Shown piece after piece: positions 49,591 through 62,181 of a stretch of DNA of 64,000 nucleotides. The notes beneath the pieces are model-generated. The model worked only from the letters and a program-made list of their open reading frames with translations, did no database searches and was not told where the DNA came from. The stretch spans positions 105,648,001 to 105,712,000 of the forward strand of contig OZ038378.1 of assembly GCA_964036045.1 (NCBI GenBank), given 5' to 3'. This DNA is from Eutreptiella sp. 'Long Island Sound 2002'. Lineage: Eukaryota; Protista; Euglenida. Made by a program: the position numbers and the translations under genes. Each line of letters opens with the position of its first letter. Within the stretch, counting starts at the first letter, position 1.

Positions 49591-52216
49591 GCCCGGGGGG
49601 GGGGGGGGGGCTGACATATCCACTACCATTACCTTCATTGATGGCAAATTCAATGATTTGCATCCTGAAGAGGCACATTAGTGCGTGTACACGCCCCATG
49701 TGTGGCGGGCAAAAAATCCTTAACCTAAGGGATGGAACAAATGGCTTAAGGGGCCAGAAATGCCATCTCAATCTCAAGGTACGATGTCCCCAAATGCTTG
49801 TCGAATGATGGGCGCCCCGAGTTTCTGCTCCCTCACAACCTGTTTGCCGAGGAAAGGCACGGCACAAATCAGCAGCGCAACAACATCCATCGTTAAGACT
49901 TTTCTGAAACGCCACTTGCTGCATCGCTTGTCAAATGCTGGGTGCATGTTGATCGTAGAGGCTCACAAGCTGCTATATAAGATATATGAGTCCGCAAGTG
50001 GCACGGTCGCTTGCAAGAAACTTCGGCACAATGAGATCGCCCCTCCATTTGATATTGCCGCGTCGTTTCAATGGCAGGAGGGCAGAGCTCGCTCATCGCA
50101 GTGAAAAAGAATCTTGCTACGGTTCAAATTAGGGACAGTTTCTTCTCCAGTAGATGTTGCTGCCTGGTGTCGATGGCAGGAGAATAGACCTCGCTCTTCG
50201 CAGTGAACACGATCTTGCTCTAAGGGCGCCACTCTAAGGTCGCCGTGCTTAGACAAGCGCGTGCTTGCGCAAGGGGGAGGGGCATACCCTCCCACACACA
50301 AATGATGTATCGTACCCACTGCGGTCCCGCCACTGGGCCCTGCATTGTGGGTCACAGTTGCGTGTGGTGTTTGTGTGTGTGGTGGGGTTGTCTGGCGTTG
50401 TCTGGTGTGCGGAAACCGGGGCCACCAGATTCTGGAAGGGAACAGAGCTGGTCAGCAGGGAACGAGTCCATAAATGGAGGGTTAGGCTGGCCGACACCGA
50501 AAACCCGAGGTCACCCGGGCTAACCCCCTCCCCCGCCCTTGCGAGAACAATGGCAAAAGCACGGAAAATGACGGGAACAACACCATCTGCTGTACTGACA
50601 AGGGCGTTGCTAACGCGCACCCTCAGAAGACACAAGCAGTGGTAGCACCTTGCCCAGGGATTGGCTCAAAAACCATTTGTGCACAATTCCCGGGATATAT
50701 AGCCCGTCGCGCTGACTAATTTAAAGTATAGTATTGAGGCAAAACTTTTGATAAGATTCGCGTTCTTGACAGTGGCTGGTAAAATTGTAAAAACTGGGCA
50801 TCACTGGGAGTCCAAGGAGGGGGGGGGGGTGTTTGTTGGGGGGGGGGGGGGTTGCCAAACAAGGGCCCACCTTACCCAAAGGTGGGTCCTTTGACAGACT
50901 TTGGCCGCAAAGCCCCACCCAGCCCCAAAATCACGGGGAAAACATGATCTTCACAGACAACCAGAAAAAAGCACCCCCATACTACATAGCTATGGTCGAA
51001 AAATATCAGTCTTGCTCGCAATATTGGCCTCAAACGGCCTCTCCTATACAGGGACGGTTCCAAACTTTTGCAGACCGTTGTTTGGTAGCGCACATACGCC
51101 TCACGGAACTCCTGGAGACACACGTCCAAGCATATAAAGCATGCAGACTGGCTGGTGGGACATCCGCTGTTGTGCAGGGAGGGGGCCCGTCAAGGCCCTT
51201 CTCATGACACTGTGTCTCTGCAGTGGTCCACGGCGTCGCCGACAGACCTCCGTCTCTCCACCAGGCCCTCCGTGACCAGTGCTGGCATCATGTGCGTTTC
51301 CCTCGCGCTGCGAATCCTCCTGCTGCCCCCTCTGCCGTGCTGGCCCTTCCTTTCTGCGCCATCCCTGTCCCGGGCCGGTAGTTGGCATGTGCAAACCGTG
51401 GCACAGCACTCCGCCGTGCCTCCGTCCCTGTACCCCCGGAGGAAGCCTGTGCTATTGCACGTGCACACAAGAGGCGATCAGGACAAAAAGCGCAGGAAGT
51501 AAATGGCTCGTCAGTGGCCTACAAGACCATAGGTACCTTTCTGTCACAAAGAATGCAACGCGAAGAAGACCTGCGGGTGGGACACCAACAAGTGTGCAGC
51601 AGCCCTGCAGCGGTACGACGTCTGTAGCCCTCGCTAAGCAGGGACCCCTGGATCTGCCGTACGACGCCAATGAGTTCATGTATGTGGAGATAACAAGCGA
51701 AACGCGGAGACCCCCTCCCCCCAGGGCAGAAGCCCCACGGGAATTGCTTGTGCTGGGTCCCTGCGGGCTGAGTGCGCCGATAGTATAGGAAAATCGTAGC
51801 ACCAGTCGGCACATGTCTGGTCGCATGGTCCACTGTGAGGTGCATGCCAGGAGGCATATGAGGAGTGGGACCAGATGGCGTGGGCTCCTGTACCACCACC
51901 CCCCCCCTTGAAATCTCCCCCCCCCCAATGTCGTGACGGTTGCCCCAAAGAGGGGGGGGGCGGTCATGAAGTGACGCCCCCCCCCCCCCCCCGGGGGGGG
52001 GACTGCACCACACAACGGTAGCACTAAAACTGCAGCAGCACCAGTATAACCTGAAGAAAAATTTTCTTCGGCGCCTAGTGTTTCCTATGCTACCGCTATG
52101 CTCCTATGGTACCGCCGCGAGTGCCACAACCGCAGAAGTGCATGTGAGTAGGTCCTGCTGAACCCCTTTCCTTGGCACCCTCTCCTCCTGTTCACCCCCC
52201 CCCCCCCAGCGGGGGG

Positions 52217-52463
52217 CAGGGATGCATTAGAAGGGAAGGGACCTCAGAGGCGGGCCCAGAAGCGGTTAGATAGGCGGTTGGAGGAGGTTGCCAAAGCGGT
52301 TGGGGGCGGTTACTGTCGGTTTCAAATGCCGTTGAAGCTGGCGCTTGGCGTCAGGGGGACAGTGGCTGGGCGCAGGCTGGGCATAGGCCCAGCCACTGTC
52401 TCCTTGACGGCAAGTGACATGAAGGGGGGGGGGGCTACCCCCCCCCCTTCCAATGCATCCCTG
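52217..52463. mobile_element. hAT-type MITE
   Basis: TIR CAGGGATGCATT.GAAGG / CCTTCCAATGCATCCCTG; exact 8-bp TSD GCGGGGGG at 52209-52216 and 52464-52471. Confidence 0.88.
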
Positions 52464-52487
52464 GCGGGGGGGCAAAGATATTCCTGT

Positions 52488-53586
52488 CTATGGAGCACCG
52501 GTACACAAACGCTTTGCACAGGCGGTGCGGCTCGGGTGTGTTCTCGCATTCAGGCCTTGCACGTACTTGTTGATTTGGTCGACCTTCCGCAGGTGCATCC
52601 AGAGGAAGTCCTGGTGAATGTTCGATCTGTCGGCGATGAACCCTGCGAAGGGCTTGACGGACGTGAAGGCGTTGCAGATGCCATAGACCTCCTCCTCCGC
52701 CGTGGTTTGGGGCTGCGTCGGGTGGAGCTTGGCGAGGGAGCCCGTGACGGGGTGCCGGCCCAGGACGCGCTGCATGCCGTCGCGGTTGATGATGTAGGCG
52801 ACGGTCCCGTTGAAGTCCAGTTGCCAAGGGACGATGACGTTGGCGTCGCATTCCGGGATGTCATAGTGATAGTTGGTGTTGACGAGCTGCAGGACGTGCC
52901 AGTTGGGGCGGTGGAGGTCGAGGAACCGGAGGGCGGCCGCGAGGGCCGTGCCCTGCAGGCGCAGCGGCTCCAGCAGCGCGTCGTCCTCCGCGATGAGGGC
53001 CAGGTCGCGCCCGTCCCGCCACGCGCGGTGGATGGCGTGGACGTGGGAGGCCAGACACCCGATCTCGCCGTCGCGCCGTCGCCCCGGCTGCTCGGCGCCG
53101 CACACCTCCACGCGCCGGGGGTCGCGCCCGGCGACGGCGTCGCAGCGCTTGTGCTGCGCGAACCCGCAGCGCCGCAGCATGGGTCCGTAGGTGGCGTCGT
53201 TGTCGGGGTCGTCGCTGGGGAAGTAGTGCGACAGCGGCGCGTTGAAGGCGATCAGACTGTCGGGGCCGTACCTCGCGGCGACGGCCCGCAGGAACGCCTG
53301 GTCCTGCCCCCGGCGCTGGTCTGACTGCTGCACGGCCCGCCACACGTCCGCGTGGCACGTCACGTGGCCGCGATGAATGCCCCGGGACGTGCGCCACGGC
53401 GTGCCGTCGTCGGCCCCGGCGTTTGCGGGCGCGGCCAGGGCAAACTCCTTCCGTCCCGCCAGCCATTCCGCTCCGGAAATGACCTCGAATGGCTCGGACT
53501 CCCGGGAATACCACGTTCTCGCATAGAGGTTCCACGCGCGGTGGGCCTCCAGTTCAAAGGTGTGCAGCACGCACTTGGCATCCGAC
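52488..53586 (-). CDS. Glycosyltransferase exon 2: end of the GT2-like domain plus a GT25-like domain
   Basis: Acceptor (C)nTCTAG|G at 53587/53586, phase 2, 1099 nt. Motifs GQDQAFLR, GEIGCLASH, ALIAEDDA and GTVAYIINRDG. Confidence 0.8.
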
Positions 53587-53591
53587 CTAGA

Positions 53592-53810
53592 GGGGGGGGG
53601 GGGGGGCATTAGAGGGGAAGGGACCTCAGAGGCGGCCCCAGAAGCGGGTAGACAGGCGGTTCGAGGAGGCTGCCAAAGCGGTTGGGGGCGGTTACTGTCG
53701 GTTACAAATGCCATTGAAGCCGGCACTTGCCGTCAGGGGGACAGTGGCTGGGCATAGGACGGGCGCCTGGAGGGGGGGGGGGTACCTCCCCCCATTCCAA
53801 TGCATCCCTG
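53592..53810. mobile_element. Second copy of the same hAT MITE, inside the glycosyltransferase intron
   Basis: Homologous to 52217-52463; the right TIR is intact and the left end is replaced by a G-run. Confidence 0.8.
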
Positions 53811-53993
53811 GGGAGGGGGGGGTGCGCAACCACCCCGTGTGTGTGCCACACAGAGGGCACAGGGGTGGGGGTGAACACAAAACTTACACGAAACCGACAC
53901 AACACTGACACAAAACCGACACAAAAACCGACACAAAACTCACACAAAACTCACACACAAAACGCACACAAAACGCACACAAAACCGGCAGAC

Positions 53994-54327
53994 CTGGACA
54001 GGAGGTTCAGCAGAGCCTTGGTACGATCGGGGTGCATCAGGTCGTCCGCGTCCATGAACGTAATGACTTGCCCCACGGCTGCCGCCGCGGCCATGTTGCG
54101 ATTAAGTCCCGCACTTTGTTGCAAAGGGTAGAGACAATGCGGGTCTTCTCGAAGATCTTCTGCAGATCCCTCTCTAACTTGGAGGCCTCGTCGGGGGCGG
54201 TTTCTGAAAGCCCCACAATCAATTCGAGGGGGTGCACCAACTGGAGCCGGGCGTTGTACACAAGGCCCGGCAGGAACACGACATGTTTGGGATGGCAAGG
54301 CACACACAAAGAGATGCTTGGTGCCAT
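53994..54327 (-). CDS. Glycosyltransferase exon 1: GT2 (GT-A) N-terminus with a 1-nt frameshift
   Basis: SISLCVPCH...ELIVG and SAGLNRN...ITFMDADDLMHPDR (DxD) lie in two frames joined near 54125; donor TCCAG|GTCTGC at 53994/53993. The length 334+1 nt gives the required phase 2. Confidence 0.75.
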
Positions 54328-55699
54328 GGGTATCCAATTTCAGAAGCAGAAGCCCAGACACCTGGCAGTATGGAGCAGGAAAGAAAACAACCCCGATTGA
54401 GATATAGGTCTCTGAAAATTGCGCGTGATCACGGGCGTGTGCACGGTGAAGCTCCGCAAGCCGCTGTTTTGGCCCACAGTTTCTGTTTCTCCATGCGGCG
54501 GGTCGTGGCAGCCAAAACATTAAGGATCCAGACGGCAATAAACTTCACTTAGCCCACCCCCCCCACACACACACCCCAATTGGTATTGGTGGATACTACC
54601 CACCGCGTAATCCGGCGTGATGCACCGCGGGTGCAGTGCGAGTGAGCCGCGCAATGGACACACACACAACGAGGATTTGGTTGCAAAACCTGCTGCACGT
54701 TGCTCGAGTATTCCCCATGGGCCTGTCCATTCTGGTCGTCAGGGGGGGGGGGATTGCAGAGGAGGGAGTGTGGGGGTGACACGAGGAATTTTTCAGGATC
54801 CTCGAAGAGCGATTTGGCCACAATCTTTACACATGTGTGTCCCAAATAGCAACAACAGAACGTGGCTGCATGCAGTGCTACATTTGTTCAGGGGTGCGGA
54901 AGTTGACCCTGCCCCCCATGATGCCATGGCCCCTCCCCATCTACAAGGAGGCCATGAAGCAACGGATACTCAGCTCTCGATCATCCCCGTGTCACAGACG
55001 ATCGGTCATCTACAAGGAGGGGGGGGGGGCGTTGAGAAGTTATGTTAAGGGGGCGAAATAAGGGTTGGGAGAGTTGGTACCATCCATGAAGAACGGAGTG
55101 GGAACGTCTGGTATTGAGGGTGAGCTGGTAGGAGTGGGATGTCTTTTCATGCATGCCTCCATAGCCACATGAGCAATGCTGGGGATCAGCTCACAAACAA
55201 TTGGGATCAACATTGGAGTAAATGTTTGGGATGAGGGGTACCCAATTTTGTCGAATTCAATTTTCTCACTGTCCAATACCCCCCCCTCCCCCCCGGGAAC
55301 CTTCAGTGGGGGAGTTTTTGCCCAGTGTGCTACTTTTCGTCACATTTGTGGGGACAAAACTGTCTACTACCCCAGGACATTTCACGCCTGTGTTGAATTC
55401 ACTGAGTTGGGCATGTGTTATATGCTTTGTAGGGAAGGATTTGAAGTTGTTGGGGTGGATTCTGGTCTGCTTGGGGGGCTTCTCTAGGGGAGGGTAAAGC
55501 TGGGGCTAACGTTGGGATACTTGGTATATTTGGAGGCAAGTCTGTTACCCCCTTTATGGACCGTGGGAGTATGTTCCCTCTTAGGTTTGGAAAAATGCCA
55601 ACATAAGCAACTCAGCTGCAATGCAAAATGATGGAGGGGATAGGGTGTTGGCTTTGTGCATTGTGCTACCAGAAGCACACCACCACACTTCGAATACAA

Positions 55700-55945
55700 A
55701 ACTGTGCAAAATGCAACAAAATAGGAACTGCTTGAGGCAACTCATTTGGACTGCCATGCCGGATGTTCCTAACCAAATCCCAATGCCACAAATAAGCAAA
55801 CAACTGCCCAATCCATGCCATGCCATGTGCATCACTCTCTGATTGCTACCGGGCCCTCGGGGTGCCATTCTTTCTTCCAAAAACGGACACAATGACACAC
55901 AGCTGGCCCTTGTAAGCCCTGTCCAAATCGAGAAATCACCTCGTT
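55700..55945 (-). pseudogene. Degenerate relic of the Harbinger transposase family
   Basis: Aligns by eye with 46180-46420 (GATGTTCCTAACCAA..CCCAATGCCACAA...CAAACAACTGC; CCATTCTTTCTTCCAA; GAAATCACCTC). Confidence 0.7.
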
Positions 55946-56113
55946 TGCAAGATGGTGTAGCTAGACGGCTAAGGAAGGAAATGCACTTCTGCTAACCATG
56001 CTGCTGGTAGGATTGGTAGGTAAGCTTTGAAATTTGCCAGACATCACGGGGGGGCCGACTCCTCGAGTTTGGACGCCAACCCCCCCCCCCCACTAACCGT
56101 TGGCCGGAGGCCC

Positions 56114-56144
<31 letters not shown>

Positions 56145-56508
56145 CTGGCTTGAGGGGGGGTCCGGGAGGGGCGCCGTGGGGGGGGGGGGTCCTGGGAGGG
56201 GCGATTGGGGGGGGGCGGGGTCTTATGGGGGGGGGGGCATGAGGGGTGATTTGGTGGGGTGCTGGGCGGGGGGGGGCTACATGCCTCCAGGGCAAGCATT
56301 GGTCAATCACAGGCTCCCCTTACCTTACCTCCCCTTGCCCCACCCTACAGCTAACCCTGACCTTTGTGGTGAGCTGGTTCGGCCATGCCAACCATGATGA
56401 TTAGGCTGAACAAGACTTTCCAAATTTCGTTCATGGCTGCTTTTTGCAACATCATTGCTCTCCATTTTGGACCCCAACAATGACTCTAACCCCAGCCTCG
56501 GGTGGGAG

Positions 56509-56928
56509 CTAGGGTTAGGGTTAAGGTCACCGAGCTGGTGGAACCAGTCTTGGTTTTATTACCCTCTTTTGTGTCTAGGGTGGACCTACCAGGTTTAGCA
56601 GCAGCAGCAAGCAGCAAGCAAGCAGCAAGCAAGCAGCAAGCAAGCAGCACGCGCGAAACCGGCAAAAATTAGAACTCCGTCGTGGTGCTTCAGATTCGGG
56701 TGAAATTTTGGTGGATGATACCTATGGGTGTGAAGTACAATCACACAAAGTTTGAGCCAAAAACTCAACAGTGGCGGCCGGGAACGGCTGTCGCAAGTGG
56801 CGGACCTCAGTTTCAAAAACTGCAATTTAGGGCCGAAAACGGCCATTTTTGGGCCAAAACAGCCCTGGAACCCATTCAAAACAGCCAAACGAAGGGAAAC
56901 GGTGGGTACATTCCACGTGCGGCTTGAC
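56509..56928. mobile_element. Telomere-repeat-capped family, truncated copy
   Basis: CTAGGGTTAGGGTTAAGGTCACCGAGCTGGTGGAACCAGTCTTGG..., homologous to 21415-21840. Confidence 0.75.
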
Positions 56929-56956
56929 ACACATCCGCAAACCACGGTACACCTAC

Positions 56957-58836
56957 CTAAACACTGTGCCATTTCTCGCCGTATTCCATGCGCCTGCTTG
57001 CCAACAGCATCACCATTGCGCTTGCTCGTTGCAGAAACCTGCTGTCTGCCATCTTGTTCCAAATACACTCAATCATCTGGCATGCGGTGTCAGGATGCCG
57101 AATACGCAAACTGTGCAGATCTGTGCACAATTGCCACATGAAACAGTATGTTATGAGACTGCACAAGCCATCCAAAAATGTCGTATTGTGTGCCCAATTT
57201 GTCCAGTTCTGATCCAGTGACGTTAGTTCGAGCTGGGACTCTGTAGTCAGCTTGATACGAGAGGCTGAACCCGTACACAAATTCCTTGCAAAGTAAGTGG
57301 ACGACCCAATGGAAAGGTTCTCCAGCCTTTCCACAGCCTGTAATATTTGGTTCAGCCGGTTCTCATTCACTGTGCCGTCGATAGGGTTGTGTGGATCCAC
57401 CATGTACAGCTCCCGATGGTAGTGAATTGTCGCTGGGACGGGGGGGGGGGAACCGACTGGGCGGTTTCTAGCCTCTGCCGTTTCCGCAATTGCATACTGC
57501 AGTCTGACCTTGGTGTCAAAATTGCCAACCACATATGCGCTCCGTCACTGATCGGTATTAGTACATATCGATGTGGGGCACACGTGTTCACATAATTCAT
57601 AACATGAGCATCCAGTTGATCGCGTTCCTGTGGATTTACACTCAATTTCCAAACATATTCAGATACACAGACAACGTCAGTCCATGGCAGCATCGCCGCG
57701 AATATGGGCATATACATTCGCGCATTGAGGTAGGTGTGCCACAGTAGCGCCGCACACTGCGATGTTGTAACGCCAGCCACCAGAGGTCCAGGGTTCGGGA
57801 ACGTATTCTCTTGTAGATTGCGGTTTGGCAAATAATCCAGTGCAACATGTTGTCCTCCACTGGTATCTGTCCACCTGGCCACATACGACACTGATGTCAA
57901 AGTGGCCGAGCTGAGACCCTCAGGCAGGTCATCCTCTGCGAATTTCTCCACCATTTCGAGGATGTTGGGATGTTGGTGATGATTGAATGTGTACGTGAAC
58001 CACAGGAGGGACACAGCCTCAACCAGGTCGCTCTCACTTTGCGGCTTTTGAAGGTCACTGTAGTCCAGATACAGTACCTGCAGACACGCCGGTTGGTTTC
58101 CCCGTGCACGGATCCTGAAAACCTCCCCACCGTATACCGGCCCGGACGGTAGTCTGAGGGTGTAATTGTAATGACTATGGGGGGTGGCGTGTCTCACAAC
58201 AGCAACGCCATAGTAATCATAATTCTCGAATGTGTCGTCCGGGTCTAGGACCATTGGGACCAGTTTTGGCCATGCACAACCCTCCTGGTCCAGTCGTGAC
58301 CGAATGTGCACCACTAGATCCCAGACAAAGTCGATTTTGTCAAGGTCCTGCAGTTGTGGTGTAATCTGTTGAAGCAAGGCAGCAAACACGGACTCACCCA
58401 TTGGGGTGTTACACACCTGCCTGGTTGGCATTGTGGCTGGTGTGCAGATGGTAATGCCATCTGCAATGCTTGTATCCATATGCATACAAGCATGGGTATT
58501 GCAAATTGGGAAGAGGTTGTTGATCAATGAAAGCCTGCCGACGCCACTACCTCCTGGCGACGCATAGAGTGCAAATTGTAGTGTGGTGCAAATGCTGTCG
58601 ACGACCAGAAAGACACAGGCAACAAATAGTGTGACGTCCACCTGTGGTGACCGGACCCGGTGGAACCCAATGTGTGTCCACTTGCTGTTTACATTGAGAT
58701 ACTCGATCCTGTGCGTAGTAGCATCATATCGCATTGTATCATATTGCAGTAGCATCTCGGAGGAATGGACAAGATACATCCATATCCGGTGTGGACAGCA
58801 GGTGTATACCTCGATGTATACCCTGGCCATACCCAT
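56957..58836 (-). pseudogene. Large intronless ORF with a C-terminal Ulp1/C48-like cysteine protease domain, one frameshift
   Basis: LWHTYLN...YVLIPISDGAH then VVGNFD (1-nt deletion near 57535), LYMVDPH and FLDGLCS resemble the WLND / PIH...HW / YYDS / DCG motif series of Ulp1 proteases. Confidence 0.5.
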
Positions 58837-59352
58837 GACCTAAAACGGGCCAAACTTGTAACACGAACCTTTTGCCCACCTGGTCTGTGTATATCAGTAT
58901 GTACGTGTGCTGCCCCCCGGCGTCGCAGATCTCGAGATGTTTTTGGGGCCATCTGAACTTTTTTGCCCGTAAATTTCCTGTGTTTGTATGCCATATGTCA
59001 CCAAACATCATTAACATACCTTGTTTGTTTACAGGGTATCACATCACCACAGACAACAACCCGCTATCCAATCGGATGGATATGGAAGGGTGGATAGGTG
59101 GTGTAGGTGAAGGTAATTTTATGCGATAATCACAACCGAGATTCATTGAAGATCTTATGGCCACCTAGTAGGACAAAAAAGAAGCGAAAGCATAGGGCAA
59201 TGGGTAATATTATCACATCTACAAACCTACTACCCCACGGCAATGTACAGGTACATTGTGAATGCTGTTGAATTTTCACCTGCCACGGTATCGCATGTGC
59301 GATACTAAAATGGGTGATACACACCTAGCAACCTGCTTCTTGCATTGGCTGT

Positions 59353-59628
59353 ATGCAACATCCTCCACATATGGTTACAATCGACCTATGCCGGATGGGA
59401 CTCATTGCAAGATCAGACCTTCACCCGGTGGCTGAAGCAATGTACGAGCATATAAGCACCCATTGGAGCACGATACCGCTATGTGGCACACGGCTATGCT
59501 TCACAGGGAGCGATTGGGTCACAGTGGGTCGGAGGGCGGAGAATGTTTTTGACCACTTGCGGGTAATGATGGCACAGGAGTACAATATCCCATATTCCGA
59601 TCTTATCAGGGTACTTCGAGAAAATTGA
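59353..59628 (+). CDS. Hypothetical protein, 91 aa
   Basis: ATG-initiated intronless ORF with protein-like composition inside the ORF cluster. Confidence 0.35.
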   Translation: MQHPPHMVTIDLCRMGLIARSDLHPVAEAMYEHISTHWSTIPLCGTRLCFTGSDWVTVGRRAENVFDHLRVMMAQEYNIPYSDLIRVLREN

Positions 59629-59859
59629 ACCTGTTATACACTCATCACACATCAGTTGCTCCTCCCACGCAGTGTGACACTTTGCTTATATGTACTGGCA
59701 AACAGTTGTATCGCTGCATTAGGACCTCCCCTATGGATTTTCATTGACCCCCCCTAAGGATTTCATTGACCCCCATACACTCCTGGCATCCCCCACACTG
59801 TGTATGAATGTACTAAGAGCACGAAGTTTCCTGAAGGAAGGCGCGATTCAAGGTCAAGA

Positions 59860-60576
59860 TCATGGTGGTGTCCAGTGGTTTTTTGACACAGCATGAACAA
59901 TTTGGAAGCTGTATGTCTGTGCGTCAGTCAGCGTGTTGTTATTAACCACGTCGGGGTATGGATCCATGTACCAATCGGGGGCCATCCCCATTCGTAGTAA
60001 TCTAATGGAGTCCCACACAATTTTGTATAACCCGTTGCTGTTCTTTGTTATTTGCCAAGTCTCGGCTGGTTCTGAGAGCACGGTTCTCAATTGCCTGGTT
60101 TGGTCATTCCATACCAGGTAGCCGCCGTTGGAGTTAATTATTTTATAGTCGGTGTTCCCTGACCCAAGGTTCTCTGAAAGCACCCATTGCATGAGTGCAG
60201 GAGCTTTGTATTGTATTGCACCCACCTGTAGGTCCGGGAAAGGTACCAACCAGGCCCCAATGTTGTCGTCTCCTGCCAGGTACCAGGAGGAACCATCCAT
60301 CATGGTTGTGATATTCACGGTCATGGTGTCGGCTGCTTGGCCTTGAAGAGTCTGAAGCTCCACCTCAATACTGTTCATACCCGATTGACAGGCACTGGCA
60401 ATATCCCCAAGCTTTCTGCGTCTCTCTGCTATGGCATCCAATGACGTCAGTATTCTGTTGATAGACTTCTGAACCTTATCAGCCATTTCGTTTTTTAATG
60501 TTTCTACATACGCAGAAACTCTGGTACTATAAATCAAATCACGGGTCAGCTGGCAGGTTGGCATTTGTTGGAACAA
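59860..60576 (-). CDS. Coiled-coil protein with a ricin-B/beta-trefoil-like C-terminus
   Basis: Heptad-like EMADKVQKSINRILTSLDAIAERRRKL...IEVELQTLQ; repeated QWVL...YKIINSNGGYL and TWQI...GLYKIVW. Confidence 0.5.
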   Translation of the reverse strand: MFQQMPTCQLTRDLIYSTRVSAYVETLKNEMADKVQKSINRILTSLDAIAERRRKLGDIASACQSGMNSIEVELQTLQGQAADTMTVNITTMMDGSSWYLAGDDNIGAWLVPFPDLQVGAIQYKAPALMQWVLSENLGSGNTDYKIINSNGGYLVWNDQTRQLRTVLSEPAETWQITKNSNGLYKIVWDSIRLLRMGMAPDWYMDPYPDVVNNNTLTDAQTYSFQIVHAVSKNHWTPP

Positions 60577-60706
60577 GGGGTGTACTTTGTTTTACAATCA
60601 AGCTGCTGGTAAACATATTAGATGTCAACCATGAGCAGCCAGACAGCAAATACACAGTTTCCCCAAGTCAAATATGTAATTAAAGAAAAGAGTTGACCAA
60701 GCAGAC

Positions 60707-61344
60707 ATGCCACGTATCAGAGGACTAGCAGACCAGTATCCACCAGAGGATCCAGAGAATCAATCGAAACACAAAAGGCGGTCAAGGGTTGCACTTACAC
60801 GCCTTATCATCGCTCTGAGTCATCATTTTAGGTCACTGTTTGATGACGACGCTCTCCGTGAAATGCAATGGATCAGAAGGAACGATATACCTGTCATCCA
60901 GGGCTATTTTCCCGGTAATACGGCGGCATGGCCAAGCGAATTCAACTGGGCATGGTGCCCACCAAAGGGGCGGTTTGTGAGTCCTGGGATTATGATTTGA
61001 TTGGGATGATGGATTATCATCTACAAAGACAGCCGCTAAGACAACCCATCTTACCACAAAGGGCCCCCTCCATTGACGTCCTGTCCTATATGGGCGAATG
61101 GCCAGATGACGGCTACATTCCGGCACAACGGGGGGAACTCAAGATTCGCTGGCCGGGCTTTGACAGGGATGCATACCAAAAACTGGTGTCGTTTCTAGAC
61201 CAAGCGATGCCTACCAGTTCCATCCGATGGGACTTCGAATGGAACAACGACACTCTCTTGATACAAATGGTGGGGATCGGGCGGCACAGAGACGGACACG
61301 CGAGGAGGCACAAACCCTACAGCGGGACGAGGAAGAGGTTTTGA
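60707..61344 (+). pseudogene. Hypothetical protein split over two overlapping ORFs
   Basis: ORFs 60707-61000 and 60928-61344 overlap, and one frameshift near 60985 would join them. Confidence 0.35.
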
Positions 61345-61890
61345 CGAACAAGGGCGACCACACACACATACAATCACACAGTATGCATGCAACGGGATAG
61401 CGGTTGCAAACGGCCTAGTCCAAAATGAACGCGACCCCCACCCTGAAACTCCCATTAAAACGGGATGTGCTGCAGTCTTGTACGCACAATGTCCCCAGCA
61501 AAACCCGCACCCTGTTTTTTCCACCCAAGGAAAAAATCGCAATCATAACCGATTTGTAATAGTTGACAGAGTTAGAAAACTTTTTACAAAGTGAAAAAAC
61601 ACAGGGTGCGGCTTTTGGGTTGCCCGCATCCTACGATGTTGTTTTTTTTCTATTGCAAATGAAAAAAGGAAGAAAAGATGGTACATGTAGCAGTGCTGCA
61701 ACCTGGTGCCGGGTACTATAGGAACAGCGATATGTATGAATATCTGGAACAGATAGGTCATACCATTACACTAGTCGGCGATACCAGCAAGGGTGCCAAG
61801 TACCACGCATGGGCATCCTATCCTTACAGTTGGAAAGACAACATCGATTGATGGGATCGGACTCGCCATAACCTATGCACACCTGCACAT

Positions 61891-62181
61891 GTGTTGGATG
61901 CTGACGGCCAATTGCATGATTATGATCTTTTGATTTGTGGCAGTCGTGGTGGGCAGGTGACGCTACACGAACTGTGGCGTCTGGGTTGGCGGGTACGGAC
62001 CATCAACCCGAACGCCTCCGCACTGGAACCACCGCGTGCCATTCCTGACGATGCAGCACTTATAGTTGTCAGCTGTGGAAAAGACTTCTTTTCGACACGT
62101 GATCCCACTTATGTGCAGAATGAATACAGAAAATACAAATTGGTAACAGTTGACAGAGTTGGGAAACTTTTTACCAAGTGA
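61891..62181 (+). CDS. Alpha/beta-hydrolase-like fragment
   Basis: LLICGSRGGQV resembles a nucleophile elbow and VVSCGKD a strand-Asp motif; there is an upstream in-frame stop. Confidence 0.3.
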   Translation: MLDADGQLHDYDLLICGSRGGQVTLHELWRLGWRVRTINPNASALEPPRAIPDDAALIVVSCGKDFFSTRDPTYVQNEYRKYKLVTVDRVGKLFTK

